This document shows, piece after piece, positions 61,807 through 64,000 of a stretch of DNA of 64,000 nucleotides. A program made the position numbers and the translations under genes. Under the pieces are notes generated by a model. It saw only the letters and a list, made by a program, of their open reading frames with translations. It was not told the DNA's origin and made no database searches. This stretch comes from Octopus bimaculoides. Its lineage: Eukaryota. How positions within the stretch are numbered: the first letter of the stretch is position 1; each line of letters opens with the position of its first letter. The stretch spans positions 61,840,150 through 61,904,149 of the forward strand of contig NC_068987.1 of NCBI RefSeq assembly GCF_001194135.2, given 5' to 3'.

Positions 61807-62185
61807 ATCATCATCATCATCATCGTTTAATGTCCACTTTCCATGCTGGCATAGGTTGGACGGTTTGACTGAGGACTGGTGGACCAGATGGCTGCACCAG
61901 GCTCCAATCTGATCTGACAGAGTTTCTACAGCTGGATGCCCTTCCTAACGCCAACCACTCCGAGAGTGTAGTGGGTGCTTTTATGTGCCAGTCAGGTGGT
62001 ACTGGCAACAGCCACACTCAAATGGTGTTTTTTATGTGCCACCTGCACAGGAGCCAGTACAGCAGCACTGGCAACGACCTCGCTCGAATGTTGTTTTTCA
62101 CATGCCACCGGCACAAGTGCCAGTAAGGCGACACTGGTAACGGTCACGCTCGAGTGGTGCTTTTTACATGCCACCGGCACAGGAA
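61807..62185 (-). mobile_element. Family A element, antisense, intron 11
   Basis: (ATC)n tail, reverse complement of the family A body, with internal TGCCACC(T/G)GCAC subrepeats. Confidence 0.9.
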
Positions 62186-62418
62186 AACAAAAGAAAATAA
62201 AGAAGGATATGAGGATGTGTAGCCTCAGAGATGAGATGATATACTTTGGAGATGAATGAAAATGTATTGTATTGCAGATGGTCTGGCCTAACTCATGTCT
62301 GCATAATCAAAAGGACTGTTGAAACAATACTGAAGATGACAGATGCTTAGAGAATCATACTGAGTGATTATATCTATCTATGTACCTATCTATCTATCTA
62401 TCTATCTGCCTATATATA

Positions 62419-62469
<51 letters not shown>

Positions 62470-63014
62470 GTATAAGTATATATATCTTTATATATGTATA
62501 TATATTGGACACAGAATGTGTGTCATTAGTCAGCTGGAAGAGATGTCTTCCTGGGGCTATAAACGTCAGTAACACAGTCCGGTATAGGACACCACACTTG
62601 GTTGGCAATTATACATCTTNNNNNNNNNNNNNNNNNNNNNNNNNNNNNNNNNNNNNNNNNNNNNNNNNNNNNNNNNNNNNNNNNNNNNNNNNNNNNNNNN
62701 NNNNNNNNNNNNNNNNNNNNNNNNNNNNNNNNNNNNNNNNNNNNNNNNNNNNNNNNNNNNNNNNNNNNNNNNNNNNNNNNNNNNNNNNNNNNNNNNNNNN
62801 NNNNNNNNNNNNNNNNNNNNNNNNNNNNNNNNNNNNNNNNNNNNNNNNNNNNNNNNNNNNNNNNNNNNNNNNNNNNNNNNNNNNNNNNNNNNNNNNNNNN
62901 NNNNNNNNNNNNNNNNNNNNNNNNNNNNNNNNNNNNNNNNNNNNNNNNNNNNNNNNNNNNNNNNNNNNNNNNNNNNNNNNNNNNNNNNNNNNNNNNNNNN
63001 NNNNNNNNNNNNNN

Positions 63015-63080
<66 letters not shown>

Positions 63081-64000
63081 CGTATATATATATATTTGTA
63101 TGTATGTATGTGTAACCTCCATCAAAAATCTTGTCATAACTTGCCTGACTTTTCTGAACATTCAGGTGAAACAGAATAACAAGCGACTGACTTAATTGTA
63201 TTTGTGTATGTGTGTTGTGAGGAGACCATATATAACTAATAATGCTTTCCCTTTTGTAAAAAATTGGCAAGTTAATTAATGCATGAAGAAATACTTCAGT
63301 AAGAAATAACTTCCAGAAGCCAGAAAATGTAGAGAAGAAGGATGGCATATGTAAAACCAGTGTTATTTCTAGAGTAATACAATATCTGTGGGGAGTGGTA
63401 TTTGAGCACGATTTCTATAAAAACTCATGTTATTAAAAGAGAAAAGACTATTGTAATATTAACAATAATAAAAGCAACATAAATTATTATGCAAAATAAA
63501 TCAAGCAAAAACAGTGCAGCACAAACAAAATACATTATAGTATATTGTTTTTGACCTTGATTCCAATTTTATCCAAGTTTGTCCTTTGCATTTTTGTACT
63601 TGATAGAAATAAGTATCAGTTATATATTAAAGGAGATTGATGGGATGTAGTCATTATTCCCACCAAATTCAATGATTTGCTTTGTGTCTAACTAACAAAA
63701 ATCAATAATTACTCAAAAGGAATCATTAATAAGAGAAAATACGGAAAAGTCAGGACATGATATTGAGGGCAATGTGTATATATCAACAAGAACAATATCC
63801 CTGTGAAGTAAAGGGCATCTTTTAGTATGTCAGCATGCTGTAACATATATGGAAATAGCATTTTTTATAGAGCTTTCATTGGAAGCTTGTTTATAGCTAG
63901 TTTTGGGGTATGACTTCAAACTGCATCCAGTAGTGGTGCCCTGGTTTGGAAGTTTCTGGGTTTTGTGGAGTGTGGAACCACCTCTTAGCCATGATTGTTT

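Noticed and set aside
19714-63348. Long ORFs in the track spanning N runs (e.g. 19763-20896, 41543-42811, 62364-63179)
   Set aside because: Artefacts: N codons contain no stops, and the flanks are microsatellite translations.

Overview
Eukaryotic, AT-rich, microsatellite- and SINE-dense genomic DNA with many N gaps. The repeat families look like those of an octopus (coleoid cephalopod); this assignment is inferred from recognition, not from a search. The window holds the 5' part of one large plus-strand gene, an ABCA-subfamily lipid exporter most similar to vertebrate ABCA1/ABCA4/ABCA7. Ten coding exons (9925-61684) splice into an uninterrupted 1467-nt / 489-aa frame covering the N-terminus, TM1 and most of extracellular domain 1. 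The gene continues beyond the window, and its first non-coding exon was not located. Introns contain several SINE families, piggyBac-, mariner- and Tc2-type MITEs, and relics of mariner, maT, RTE, R4/Dong-like, Penelope and Helitron elements. There is also a 926-bp foldback element with an 8-bp TSD and a telomere-repeat core. The most unusual cluster is around exons 10-11: a Tyr codon (TAT) at a conserved disulfide Cys that A-to-I editing would restore, a GC-AG intron whose donor motif is regenerated at the start of the next exon, and an inverted SINE pair bracketing both exons. Exon numbers follow human ABCA1. All alignments were done by eye, and human reference residues and exon sizes are recalled from memory and need checking.
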